Of a DNA stretch of 64,000 bases, positions 26,118 to 37,100 are shown piece by piece. Source of the DNA: Neodothiora populina (Eukaryota); assembly GCF_041146345.1 (NCBI RefSeq), contig NW_027191414.1:1178001-1242000 (forward strand), read 5' to 3'. A model generated the notes under the pieces. That model ran no database searches, had not been told where the DNA came from, and saw nothing but the letters and a program-made list of their open reading frames with translations. A program made the translations under genes and the position numbers. Numbering within the stretch: position 1 is the stretch's first letter; every line of letters begins with the position of its first letter.

Positions 26118-26921
26118 AAGAGTAAAAGAAAGCCCACATCGGACGATACCTGTCGGCCATGATAAAAACACCCTGTACATACATCACAATGATTTCGACT
26201 AGTCGCACTGCTATTTGGAAGAATGTGAACGTCTGCCCGACCTTGTGAATGCGTTGGCCAAATCGGGCACGGATGGCGCACCACTCCGATTCGCAACAGT
26301 CTCACTTGATCATTTATCCTGCATAAGGACGTATACATAGAAAGGCAAAATGCTAGTACTTGTACAGAGGATATCTGAAGAAATAGCGTTTCTCCCTGCG
26401 CCCGTTTTATGCTCGTGAATATATGCTGGCTGGAGGGCGACCCTGGCCATCTTCGCTAGTCAGATCTGGAACTGCAGCGACGGTGTAATATGACATATTC
26501 CGAATCGATGAGTAGAAGTCATGGCAGTCCGTGTACTTTTCGTACGTCTGAGTTGTGTGGATATGATGGCTGGTGATCGTCGTGAACGTATCCAGCGCAT
26601 CAACATCTGCATAGCTTTTATCATGTTTCGATCTACTTTGGATGATACTCACAAATGCAGAGACAAATCACATGGAAACAAAAACAGACACTCGTGAGCA
26701 CGAGGTTGACATACTTGATTGCAATGACTGCCTCACAATCGTGAGTCGTGTAAGATACAGAAAGCCAAATGAGTGGAAGAAGTGCCGGCCGGAAACAGAA
26801 ATACAAAATTAATCAAAGTAAGCGAAACATCCTTATGCATATTCCTCCACTGCATCCGCTGCAGAGCAGATGATGACCACTTTGAACACACTAGTCCCTC
26901 GAGTCCCTTCAACCTTACTCC

Positions 26922-27354
26922 TCAAGCTCTGAACTTCTTGGGAGAGCGGTAATTAACCGTGACATGGCAAGCATCACATTTACCAGTGCCGAAGCTCCCT
27001 TTGTGATGACCACACTGAGCGAGGATGTTGCTGGCGATGTCATGCACGGTCTGGCCAGACACAGGCTGGGGCCCACTGCCGTTGGTGGCATAGACGAGAT
27101 AGCAACTTCCGGTGGAAAACTCGGCCTGGTCTTCATAGTTTGCTCCCACGTCGATGTTGTCCAGGGCTGCGTAACAATCGTTGATGTCGGGGGAGTTGCT
27201 AGAGCCCTCGCAGCTGTGAGGAGGATGAGTATCAGTAACAAGGAAGACAAGTAGGACGGGCGGAGAAGAGTAAGGGGGGAGGATATTACTTGTTGCTGTA
27301 CCCGAAGGCTGATGCGCTGATGGCAAGGATGAGGGCAATGGTGTTGGCATGCAT
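26922..27354 (-). CDS. Small secreted Cys-rich protein, KP4 killer toxin / Ecp2-like (118 aa). Exons 27354-27290 and 27213-26922.
   Basis: Splicing intron 27214-27289 (GTAATA..ACTGAT..CAG) gives MHANTIALILAISASAFG-YSNNCEGSSNSPDINDCYAALDNID..VSGQTVHDIASNILAQCGHHKGS..HVTVNYRSPKKFRA: a signal peptide plus 6 Cys. Confidence 0.8.
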
Positions 27355-29418
27355 ATTGGCTCAATTGAAGATGATGCTTGGGAGATTGGTAGCGTGATGA
27401 GTACAGTCAACAGAGCTGGGAATTTGCAGTTTACAGGATGTCTGAATGATGGCGATGATAGTGGTAGTGATGATTCTGAGATGCTCGATGGACTTCGCCT
27501 TTATACAGCCAGCTTCATAGGTCAGACTGAGCATCCATGTAGCTATTTCCAGACAAACCGTGCTTCACTGCAGAGCCCCAGGTAGACATTGCCCATTGAC
27601 GCACCATGGCTTGTATGAAACCGCAGAGGTGTTTCTTGGTTAGTAAGGCCTCCCAAGCTGCACAGTGGATCGAGACTCCTAAACCAAACCGTTGGTCCAC
27701 TGCATGGGACTCGCTTGTCTGGGAACGAAGCCTCCAGCGGAGGAAAAGCCATATGCGATATGGTGGCCTCATCCCCTATAATACCTTGGTAAGGTGAAAG
27801 GCATCTTCTGCCTAGTCGGTTTTCATCATGTATATGTAAAGGATCGATGTTGCGTCTCCAGATACGTATATTTATAGTAGTGTGTAAGTGTCTACCTAGC
27901 TTTAGATGGCATACCTAACAGGATATCTCCATAAAGTACGAGACCATTCGGTCAATAAGTGCGAAGGCTTTGGCTTGTCCTCTCGCAGCCGTCTGCGAGT
28001 GGTCAATTCTGTTAGTCGATTGCCTCAAAAAGTCGACAGCAGATCAATTCCCCTCAGAGCTCCATCGGCATTTCATAAGTGGTACTCTTGGCAAGCATTC
28101 TATTGCTACCAACATGTCTTCAAGTGTCATGCATGTTGCTAACAATGTCGCTAGCTGGCTCTGCAGATTGAGTCAACAGACGATGTTTGGGACGGCTGCT
28201 ACTGCAGGGCATAGTATGCCGAGGCTGAGGGCATTTCAGGATGCCGTAGCGCCAGTCAAAACCCGTTCTACAGAGCCACGAGGGTGTAGATAAAACAGTG
28301 ATGAGCTTCAACATAGTCTCCCCTCGCATGCTAGTCCAGGTGTCAGACTATCCACTTGCCATTGGGCTAGTGAGCTTCAATGTTGAATAGACTATCAAAT
28401 AGACTCAGAAAGCTTGTACCTTGCAGCATGACCGTTAATCGGGAGAATGGAGTGCGGGAAAATCGTTAACGCAGTGACATCTGCGTTGTGCCAATTTGGG
28501 CTTTTAACTCCACAGATCTCGTTCGGAAATAATAAACTTACTTGCAATCCTTGAAAGTGGGTGAGCATTGTATCAGCCAGAAACACAATGACGCCAATTT
28601 GGTGATATTTTCTTGAGGCAGCACCACGCTTGTTATGCCCTTCATTCCGACTGATGTACAAGGGCGTGATCTATGTTGCAGCGAGCAAGAGTGTGCGAAT
28701 CCTACTCACCTGATATCTGCGAATCTCATCGACCATTTTGAATATATCGATCGATCGTAAGCACTGGACAGACCCGTGATGCGGTATATACCGATGCATG
28801 TACACAAATGAAACTCAGTTTGACATGACCCGTTGTAATTCATTGCCAAACTACTCCAAACACTCCAAACCGTACTTTTCGAGCCAATATGGGACTCGGT
28901 AGGCGGCATACCGAAGGTGGCAAATCAGTTGGATGGACATCCGTAAGCAGACACGCAAACTTGAGGGGTATGAAGTATTGTATAGCACGTCATCCATCAT
29001 CAATGCGGCATACCTTGCCTCGCTTACGTGGAGATGCAGAGGAAAAAATGGACTTTGCCGCACGTCTCCGCTATGGCGTGAGCGGTAGCTCGTAGTATAC
29101 AGGACTTCAACAAGATCCATAGTATGAGTCCTGCTCAGTCGAAAGTCAATATGCCACAGTGCCTAGAGTATCACCAGTTTCTACTTCCAAGCCGGTCAGT
29201 TCTCTCACCAAGGCAAGGTCGTGATTTTTAGGTTATCATGGACGACGTGCTGCAAATCGCTCATCAGGACGGGAGTTCATGTCCGTGAAGATGTGACGGC
29301 AACCGGTCGATATCTCCGTCTGGCGCAATGGCAGTTGCCATAAAATCCGGGGTAATCATGTGTGGATTTTGAGCCGCATCAATGCATGATGCACAATGCG
29401 GTCATAGTCCAATCTGAA

Positions 29419-29454
29419 CACCTCGATCGTCACCTCGATCGTCACCTCGATCGT
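29419..29454. repeat. (CACCTCGATCGT)x3 perfect tandem repeat
   Basis: Three identical 12-mers. Confidence 0.9.
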
Positions 29455-29890
29455 AGTTCTCAACACAAAAGTTGACGGAGGTCAACCAATCAAGTTCGAC
29501 AAGTCTGATCGCTGCTGCCGAGATCCATGCGCAATCCACGAAAATCGTGCAGGGCAGTTCCGAATGAAGAGAAGAAATGAATAATGTAAATGCGCTTGTC
29601 GGCATATTCCAAGGAACGTGCCGCTCCCCCTGCTCTCACTGCTTAGAACTGAAGCTAAGGTACCTTATGTCTCTTGCCCGTAGATCGCAAACAATGCTTT
29701 CCCCATTGAGACCATCATGAAGTCACAATGCTACTCGTCAATAATATGGAATGATGACGGATGGGCAGCAGGAGATGTCTCTGCAATAGTATTGTTTTCT
29801 CTTCAGGTAGGTATATATTGAGTGGCCCATGTCGATTTTTCTCCAGCATTTTTGCATACAACGTGACAACATCGTACGTTAGGACCAAAC

Positions 29891-31396
29891 ATGTTTTCCA
29901 AGGTCTTCGTCGCCACGGCACTGCTTGCAGGCGCCGCACATGCTTCACCTGTTGCTCAGGTCTCCGGTTATACTGGCGCTGATGCATCATTCACAAAAAC
30001 TCCAGCTTCCATTACGGAAGTAGCGTCTACCTTTGGTCCGGACTCTCAGATCCTCGCTACCCCTACACACTCTGCCAATGGCACTGATACCAATGCCGGA
30101 GATACCCTTCGCAGCAGCATCCCTACAGGCACCACTTCGCATGGCCCTTACTCCGGTGTGCCCACGACTACTGGCGCCGTCAGCACAACTGCAATCAATG
30201 CGACCGTACCAGCTCTTCCTATGAACCCCACTGCCACTTACTACAACAGCAACGGCAAACTCCAGAACGCTCAGCCAGCGCCTTACACTCCCGCTGGAGG
30301 TCTTGGCACCAATGGCTCTGAGCCTCGCTACATGGTCGAATCTGATTTCGATTATGAGTCTATCATGCTTGGTCTCTACCAGGAATGGATCGAGCTTGAC
30401 TTGTTCAACAACGGTCTTGCTGTGTTCAGCGAGGAGGACTTCATTGCTGCCGGTCTGACTGCTGAGGACCGTGAGATGATTCGCTTCATGGCTGCTCAGG
30501 AGGAGGGCCACGCTACTTTACTCTCAAACATGCTCGGAGAGACTGCTGCTCCTCAGTGCACTTACAACTACCCCTTCACCACCGTTCGGGAGTTTGTTGA
30601 CTTTAACCAGCGTCTCACCCGCTGGGGCGAGTCTGGTGTTTGGGGATTCATCAACCATCTCGATAGCCGTGAGGTTGGTCAACTTCTCGCCCAGTCTATT
30701 GCCACCGAGGCACGCCAGCAGCTCATCTTCCGCCAAATGAGTGGTCTCTTCCCCATGCCTGTTTGGTTCGAGACTGGTATTCCCCAGTCCTGGTCGTGGA
30801 GTTACTTGGCTCCTTACATTTCGTCCTGCCCGGAGAACACCACCAGACTCGCATGGCAGAACTTCCCTGCGCTTCACGTTGTGAACCAGGCCAACATCAA
30901 CCGTTTCTCTCCCAATGACACCGCTGCCTACGAGTCCACCGGCAACCGCACCGGTGACCCAAGCATCAGCGACATTCCTCAGGATGAGTCGTGCGTGAAC
31001 TTGAACGTTACCGGCTACGGATGTGGCCCTGCCATCTCTCGCAACCGCTCTGAGCCTCTAAGTTTCCCTGGAAAGCTTGTCAACCTGACATGGGACAACC
31101 CTGGACTCCCCGTTGGTCCCAACAACAGCTATGTCACGAGCGTCAGCCCTGTGGCTGGCCAGCCTCAGTACGTCGCCTGGGTTGCTCAGCTCAACTTGAC
31201 CTATACCCCATTGACCATCACTGGCAACAACACCGGTTACACTTACCAGCCCAACGGCAATGTCTACACCAGCGATCCTGTAGTCAACGGCACCATGTTC
31301 ATCGCTCTCACCGACACTGACCTCTATCTTACTCCTTTCAACCTCACCATGATTAACCCTCACACTATCGCTCTTGGTCTTTACCAGGCTGGTTAG
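29891..31396 (+). CDS. Secreted Rds1-like ferritin-like domain protein (stress/desiccation related)
   Basis: Signal peptide MFSKVFVATALLAGAAHA, Thr-rich linker, ferritin-like helices LGLYQEWIELDLF, QEEGHATLL, TRWGESGVWGF, SIATEARQQ. 501-aa single exon with strong codon bias. Confidence 0.85.
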   Translation: MFSKVFVATALLAGAAHASPVAQVSGYTGADASFTKTPASITEVASTFGPDSQILATPTHSANGTDTNAGDTLRSSIPTGTTSHGPYSGVPTTTGAVSTTAINATVPALPMNPTATYYNSNGKLQNAQPAPYTPAGGLGTNGSEPRYMVESDFDYESIMLGLYQEWIELDLFNNGLAVFSEEDFIAAGLTAEDREMIRFMAAQEEGHATLLSNMLGETAAPQCTYNYPFTTVREFVDFNQRLTRWGESGVWGFINHLDSREVGQLLAQSIATEARQQLIFRQMSGLFPMPVWFETGIPQSWSWSYLAPYISSCPENTTRLAWQNFPALHVVNQANINRFSPNDTAAYESTGNRTGDPSISDIPQDESCVNLNVTGYGCGPAISRNRSEPLSFPGKLVNLTWDNPGLPVGPNNSYVTSVSPVAGQPQYVAWVAQLNLTYTPLTITGNNTGYTYQPNGNVYTSDPVVNGTMFIALTDTDLYLTPFNLTMINPHTIALGLYQAG

Positions 31397-32164
31397 ATGT
31401 GGGCGACACCTTTCGTGCACTCTCTACCACTCCATCGAGCGGTGCTGGAATTACTGTACAATATCTTGTCTGCCGTTTTTTCAAGAGTCAGATGTAAATA
31501 ATTACCATTAGCATACCTTAATATTCCACGATACTATGATTGTTAGCTGTCAAGATTGTATTTTCTTCAAGTTTGACAATGATCTTGAATATCTGTTATG
31601 TATTTTCATGCGATGGATCAATAAATAATATCATACGTCGACTTTGTTTACATACTGAATCTGATCGATCGTTCTCATAATTCACCTCCAAGGCACCTTG
31701 CCCACCTCAATCGGAAGACAGCTCCACAGTCTTGACACAAGACCCACACAAAAAGCCGGGATGACGTAGTGGTTGCACTTGCATCAATCCCTCACGCATC
31801 ATCTCAGGTACAGGTACGGGCGGGGGGGGATCCATAGATGAGACGTCTCTTCCAATGGAATCGATTTGCAAGGCACTCTGCAGCATCTGTAGCATCATAG
31901 CGGGGCTCTGAGAATATAGACATGTAGATCCCAAAGGTGTGTCATCTGTCATCGCTTGCTTGTCGTCTAAAGGTACGGTACACAAAACCCATTCCGTTCG
32001 CTCTACTCTTGCCCTTGAGCTCTTTTTCTTTCTCATCAAATTATCTCACTCTCACAAACAACACATCTTCTCCTTCCTCTTTCTGTACCACAGAAAGAAT
32101 CTTCCATACTCAAATCAATCAAATCAATCAACTCAAAACACACACATACACATATATATCCAAT

Positions 32165-32545
32165 ATGCCTCGCGACGGATCCGGACACGGCGACAACGCC
32201 ATCGAGACCGACCCTGCCTTCGGTCAGACCATTGCTCACGGAGCTGGTGGAGAGGTATGTAACTAACCCAAACCCTCACACCTTCCCCAACCATCATTAT
32301 ATTATCCCATCCTGCCCTGCCTTGACCTTCACCCATCTACTTCAAACGATCTCTGAAGCTCACAATCTCCGGCCTAGGCCGCAACCTCGACCGTCGACCG
32401 CAGCGGCAAGGCCGCCGCTCCCCCCTCGTACGAGAAGGGCGAAGCGATCGAGGGCATGAACGCCAGCGGAGGCGGCAACAAGATCACCGACTCTGGAAAG
32501 GGTCCTTTGGAGCCTGCTGCCGAGGCCGAGAGCAAGAAGCACTAA
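32165..32545 (+). CDS. Small hydrophilic Gly/Ala-rich protein (85 aa, hydrophilin-like). Exons 32165-32254 and 32378-32545.
   Basis: CAATATG start context after a CAAT/TCAA-rich leader. Intron GTATGT..GCTCAC..TAG. Product MPRDGSGHGDNAIETDPAFGQTIAHGAGGE|AATSTVDRSGKAAAPPSYEKGEAIEGMNASGGGNKITDSGKGPLEPAAEAESKKH, with strong C/G-ending codon bias. Confidence 0.75.
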
Positions 32546-33542
32546 GTTTTTGCTTCTTCTGCTGCCAGCCGCAACGCGCTTGCTATGATCGCTTCTATGA
32601 TGTCTGGAAGTACGGACTTGCAGCACTTGGGGGAGACTCCAATGCTTGGGAAACGACTTTCGGGCATTGAAAGACCTTGGCGCAGGGGTTTATGATCAGG
32701 GTTGCTCTTGAGTGATTCGATCCCTGTCCGACGTCTTTACTTGTTGAGTCAGAAAAGGTTCATGAGTTCACGGATTAGCGTCACATACAGCAGACACTCG
32801 ATGGAAAAATAACCATAACGAAGTACACGAGAATTTTTTGAAAAAAAGAGCTAAAACATGTATTATCATATCAACAATAAGACTTCGAGTTGATTATTTC
32901 TGTTCCTGTCGCTCACGTCCCACAACGTATCTTCGATATAGGGTGAAGATGGAATATCTTTCGCGCCTCCGCGGGCTTGGGGTGAGCTCGTATCTTATGT
33001 GACCAGGTTTTCGATACGAATAGTCGCGATGAAAAGTTTTGTCATGCAGCCTGTTCCGGGAAGAGAAACCCACTGGTGATAGCCACCAAACGTTCAACGT
33101 CTTTGCTTGTTGATGATCGCTTCCTGCCGTAAATACAATGTATGATGGGCTGAGATAACCTTGTATGATACTTCCTTGGGTGGGTGCGAAGCGTCAATTA
33201 CTGTAATGTGGTGTTCTTTTTTCTGCTTCTCCTTCCATTTGCTTCCTTGCTTCGATGTGTCGAGAAGATGTCCAAGGTCGAGACCAATCGCGATAAAGCT
33301 CTGGACTTCGGTCCTTCCATGCTGAATGCTGTGTCTGTCGTGATAATCGTGATTCGTTCAATCCACCAATTGCGCAAGACTAAGAAGAGCGCTGCTGCTG
33401 CTATGAGCAAGACATACTTCTGATCGACACTTGGGCTATGTCCCGAGCAAAGTCTGCCTTTCTCTGGAGCGGAATCCTGTGCGGCGCTCCGTTTCGCAGA
33501 CAACCGGCGTCTCAATAATGTTGTTATCGAGAAGAAAAAGGA

Positions 33543-34574
33543 TCAAGGTAGTTCGGAATATGTATACATGATGTTCTGATCGGCGGGGAATACCTGCGCC
33601 AATACATCGGCTGCGAACACGTTCACGACGTCCCCGCCGCCGCCGCCGTCGCCAGCCTGAGTGAACGGGACTGAAGGCGCTGGGTCGAATGGAATCAGTT
33701 GTTGATTTGATGCTACGTCTAGGTATGATGCAGTCGGGTATAAAGCTGTGTCGTCACCGGCGGATGTGAATCCAGTGACCGCTTTGTAAGCTGAGTAAGG
33801 CAATAATGTCTGTAATGGTGCCTCGACAGGATACGTGGGTGTGAGTGGTTGAGGTGGGAAGTACTGTGCGTGATTCGGCGTGTGATTCGTGTTCAAAAGG
33901 GCAGGCGCAGGAAAGCCAGCTCGATGACGATTGATGTATTCAAATATGGCGCAGCGCGTGTTGTCGTCTGTCGTCGACACTGCTATCGTCTCCAGAAACA
34001 TAACCAACTCTGCCACGAGATGTCTTGGTTGAGGAGTGTTGACTTCACTATTACATTCCTGTCCGAATACGGCCTCGTCCCTATCGAACGTTTCGAATAC
34101 AAGCTCGCCAGATGCCGCACACTCATCATAAAAATGATGTGCATCAGGGGAAGCTGTTCGTGATAAGGAAGAAGTAGTCAGATTCGGCGGCGTGTTGCTT
34201 GAAGTCTCGCTGCTTGTGCTTTCCGGACCTCGATAGGCAGCGAGCTGTTTTCTCAGCGTTTCGTTCCTTTCCTTAAGCGCCGTCCTGCTATTCTCAGTCT
34301 CGTAGATGCAGATGTCGAAGTTCTTTGCACGACAAGATTGACATGGATTGGCACCATCGCACTAGTTAGAAACAAAGTCAGATTGTCCGCCTGATAATGG
34401 ATGCTTGGTATCGAGCAATTCTCTATGGTAAAAACTGACTTTGGACTTGAACTGACGACATCGGTTGCAAGCAACGCTGGTGTTTTTGATTGCTCTACGA
34501 CGAGGTCGAGGATACACTGAAGGCCTCGGAACCTGCATGTGCGGAGTAATAGCTGGTAACAGCTGTCTAGGCAT
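33543..34574 (-). CDS. Zn(II)2Cys6 (GAL4-like) transcription factor, 317 aa. Exons 34574-34440 and 34361-33543.
   Basis: Splicing intron 34362-34439 (GTCAGT..CTAAC TAG) yields ACNRCRQFKSK|CDGANPCQSCRAKNFDICIYE, followed by a coiled-coil LKERNETLRKQL and an open frame to 33543. Confidence 0.85.
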
Positions 34575-35807
34575 GTTTCTGTGCGTGCTATCCTATGGGT
34601 CTATGTGGAAGATGATATAGCTTGAGAAAAATCATCTGATCCAAGGACTGTTCATACCACCAAAGGTAGTGTTTTGCCTCTTAACGGTTCAAAGTCAAAC
34701 TTCTTTTCAGAATGGAAGACTCTGCTGCTTTTGATTTGAATGTAATGCTGGTGTAGCTGTGAAGAGGTTGCGACGTCATATGCAGTGTCGGCGGTAATAT
34801 AATAAGCCACTCCTTATGCAACCTGCAGTGCTCGACTGTACATTGCGTGATATAGGTATATTGTCGACAATGCGCAGCAGATTCCATGTGAAATTCGAAC
34901 CGATCCGCCGTGCGACTTTTCAACATATATGAATACATGTGCGTCTAACGTGCGTAGAGCATCTCGAGCATGATGACAGGAGTAAGGATGAGATAAAGTC
35001 AACAGCCAGACTATCCTTTCGGTTACCATTAAGGTTAAGGAATATAGTTTGAACAGTACTTGCACATTACTGTACCGTTGCCGAAGCTGGCGTAGGGCTG
35101 GGGTGACAGAACAGATTAACGTGAACCAACCAAGGTAAGGCAAGGTTCTTGCTCCGTGACTCGATTATATCTTAGCTAGCATCTTAGACATCTCGTTCCG
35201 AAACACGAGGCCTGCAGGTCGGATCACCCACGCGTTGAGATGGTTAAATTCTCCGCGATTTCCGGGACCTACGGAAGCTGCACTACGAGTAGTATGGCTA
35301 TTGTTGTTATCCCTGCCGAATTGTATGAGAGCAGGGAAATATCGAGATATGTACCATCAGTGGGTAGTTGTTCACCAACAACCTTGGAATCGGATCTGTG
35401 TGATGTGACAGTAATAGTATGTGCAGGCTGCCGATGTAACAGCGCAAAGAGATTGACTCTTTACTGTACGTCCGAGTGCAGTTCCTCAGAGCAAACGCCC
35501 AGCGAACGCCGGTATGTAGCGATTGCAGATACTGCTGTTGTAGCATGTCGGATGCACGCAAAGGGAAGAGCCAGGCCTGTCAAGGCATCAGCTGAATCAG
35601 CTCGCACTTTGCACGTTGTACGGGGTAAAAAATAGTGGCTTGGTGCGAACCATGATTTCCAGGGTAAATGTGCCTGGCACTGAGTCAGAACATCGGCTAT
35701 ATAATAAGGTCCCTTGAGGGCTAGATGGGTCTGTCAATAGACAAAGCAAGGAGCGTCGTCCCAGCAAACCCCCGAAGCTCTGTGCTGTCGGTAAACCAAG
35801 GCACATC

Positions 35808-37100
35808 TCACAACAGTGGCTTCCCTGTGACTGGACAGTTGTCGGTCGTTTGCAGCCATGCCATGAGACAAATCGTATCCATCAACAACCCTTGAGCGTC
35901 CCCAACGGGTAATCTGACCATGCTATCTTTGGTAAATTTCTTTCCGGTTACATTCTCGACGACGAATCTCTCCAAGATCCCCTCTTGGTCGCGGTCACCG
36001 CCGACCTTGAACGCCACTTTCCCACCGAGACCATCGTACTCAGGAGGCTCAAGTGGAGAGCAGCGACAAAACAGACAGTGGTCCTGACGTCCTACTTCTT
36101 GTACCGAAACTCTGTCTAGATTCATCAGAAGAACCGCCAGCCTGTACGGCCGAGATCTTGTTAATGCAAGTCGCATATGCTCCGCGTCGATTTCTCCGTC
36201 CATTGTACCGTGTATGATGTGCGAGAGTTCCTGATTACTCAAGATCTCACCATACACTTCGAGGAGCCTTTCTCTAGAGCTCGCCATGCCACGAAGCAAG
36301 ATTTGCGATGTTGAGATTGCCGCATTAGCCTCTATGCAATGCTGGTGCTTTCGTTCGGCCGAATCATCCGCGTTCACGCCAGCTATTAGCATCTCTGGAC
36401 CGGCCCGTGTAAATGCGTTGACAAGTGACATTATGTTAGCCATCAGGGCCATACTGTAATCGATTTTGCGCGCAAGCTGGTCGCCATAATCCTGTGCGTC
36501 CTGGCTTGCTGTCTTGGCCCGCGCTGCCGTGACTTGATCATCGAATAACGACCTCTCGACGGCGTAGTACCATAGTGCATCTGCACGCTTGTACAGCTGC
36601 TTTGTGGTCTTGTTGATCAAGATGTGGTAGGGCAACCCAACGAAGGTGTCGATCCTTGCCTGAGCTACCGCAAGGACATGTGTGATCTCATCGCAGCTAG
36701 TCACCGGCCCGATCTGAGCGTGAACCGTTAATGAAGGGAAATAGTAGGCGAGATACTCCTGCGGCTCCATCCATACTATTTCACGTTGGCCAGGAGCCCC
36801 CTGCGGCGGGACTGGAGAAGTACTTTCGCCGTCATGGTTGTTCATCTCCGACGGATCCACGGCTACATTAGGATCGTCACTATCATATTCTTCTTCGTTC
36901 TCCCCATCGGCATTATCAGATTCCTGGTCGTCAGTCCTTGTGGTTCCAGGCTCATAGGAAGTGGATCTCTGGTCTGTAACCTCAATGCTGTTTCGGATTG
37001 ATCCGGCAGCTTGCTCAATTTCCGCGGTGTAATTGTTGGCATTCATGGTTACATCAGGATCCAGTGCATCCGGGATCTCTGCCATTCTAGATGCGCTCAT
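35808..37100 (-). CDS. Hypothetical 430-aa protein with acidic N-terminus and degenerate C-terminal RING/U-box-like motif
   Basis: Long single ORF. C-terminal CLFC...VRLPVG...ICLMAWLQTTDNCPVTGKPL. Confidence 0.65.
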   Translation of the reverse strand: MSASRMAEIPDALDPDVTMNANNYTAEIEQAAGSIRNSIEVTDQRSTSYEPGTTRTDDQESDNADGENEEEYDSDDPNVAVDPSEMNNHDGESTSPVPPQGAPGQREIVWMEPQEYLAYYFPSLTVHAQIGPVTSCDEITHVLAVAQARIDTFVGLPYHILINKTTKQLYKRADALWYYAVERSLFDDQVTAARAKTASQDAQDYGDQLARKIDYSMALMANIMSLVNAFTRAGPEMLIAGVNADDSAERKHQHCIEANAAISTSQILLRGMASSRERLLEVYGEILSNQELSHIIHGTMDGEIDAEHMRLALTRSRPYRLAVLLMNLDRVSVQEVGRQDHCLFCRCSPLEPPEYDGLGGKVAFKVGGDRDQEGILERFVVENVTGKKFTKDSMVRLPVGDAQGLLMDTICLMAWLQTTDNCPVTGKPLL

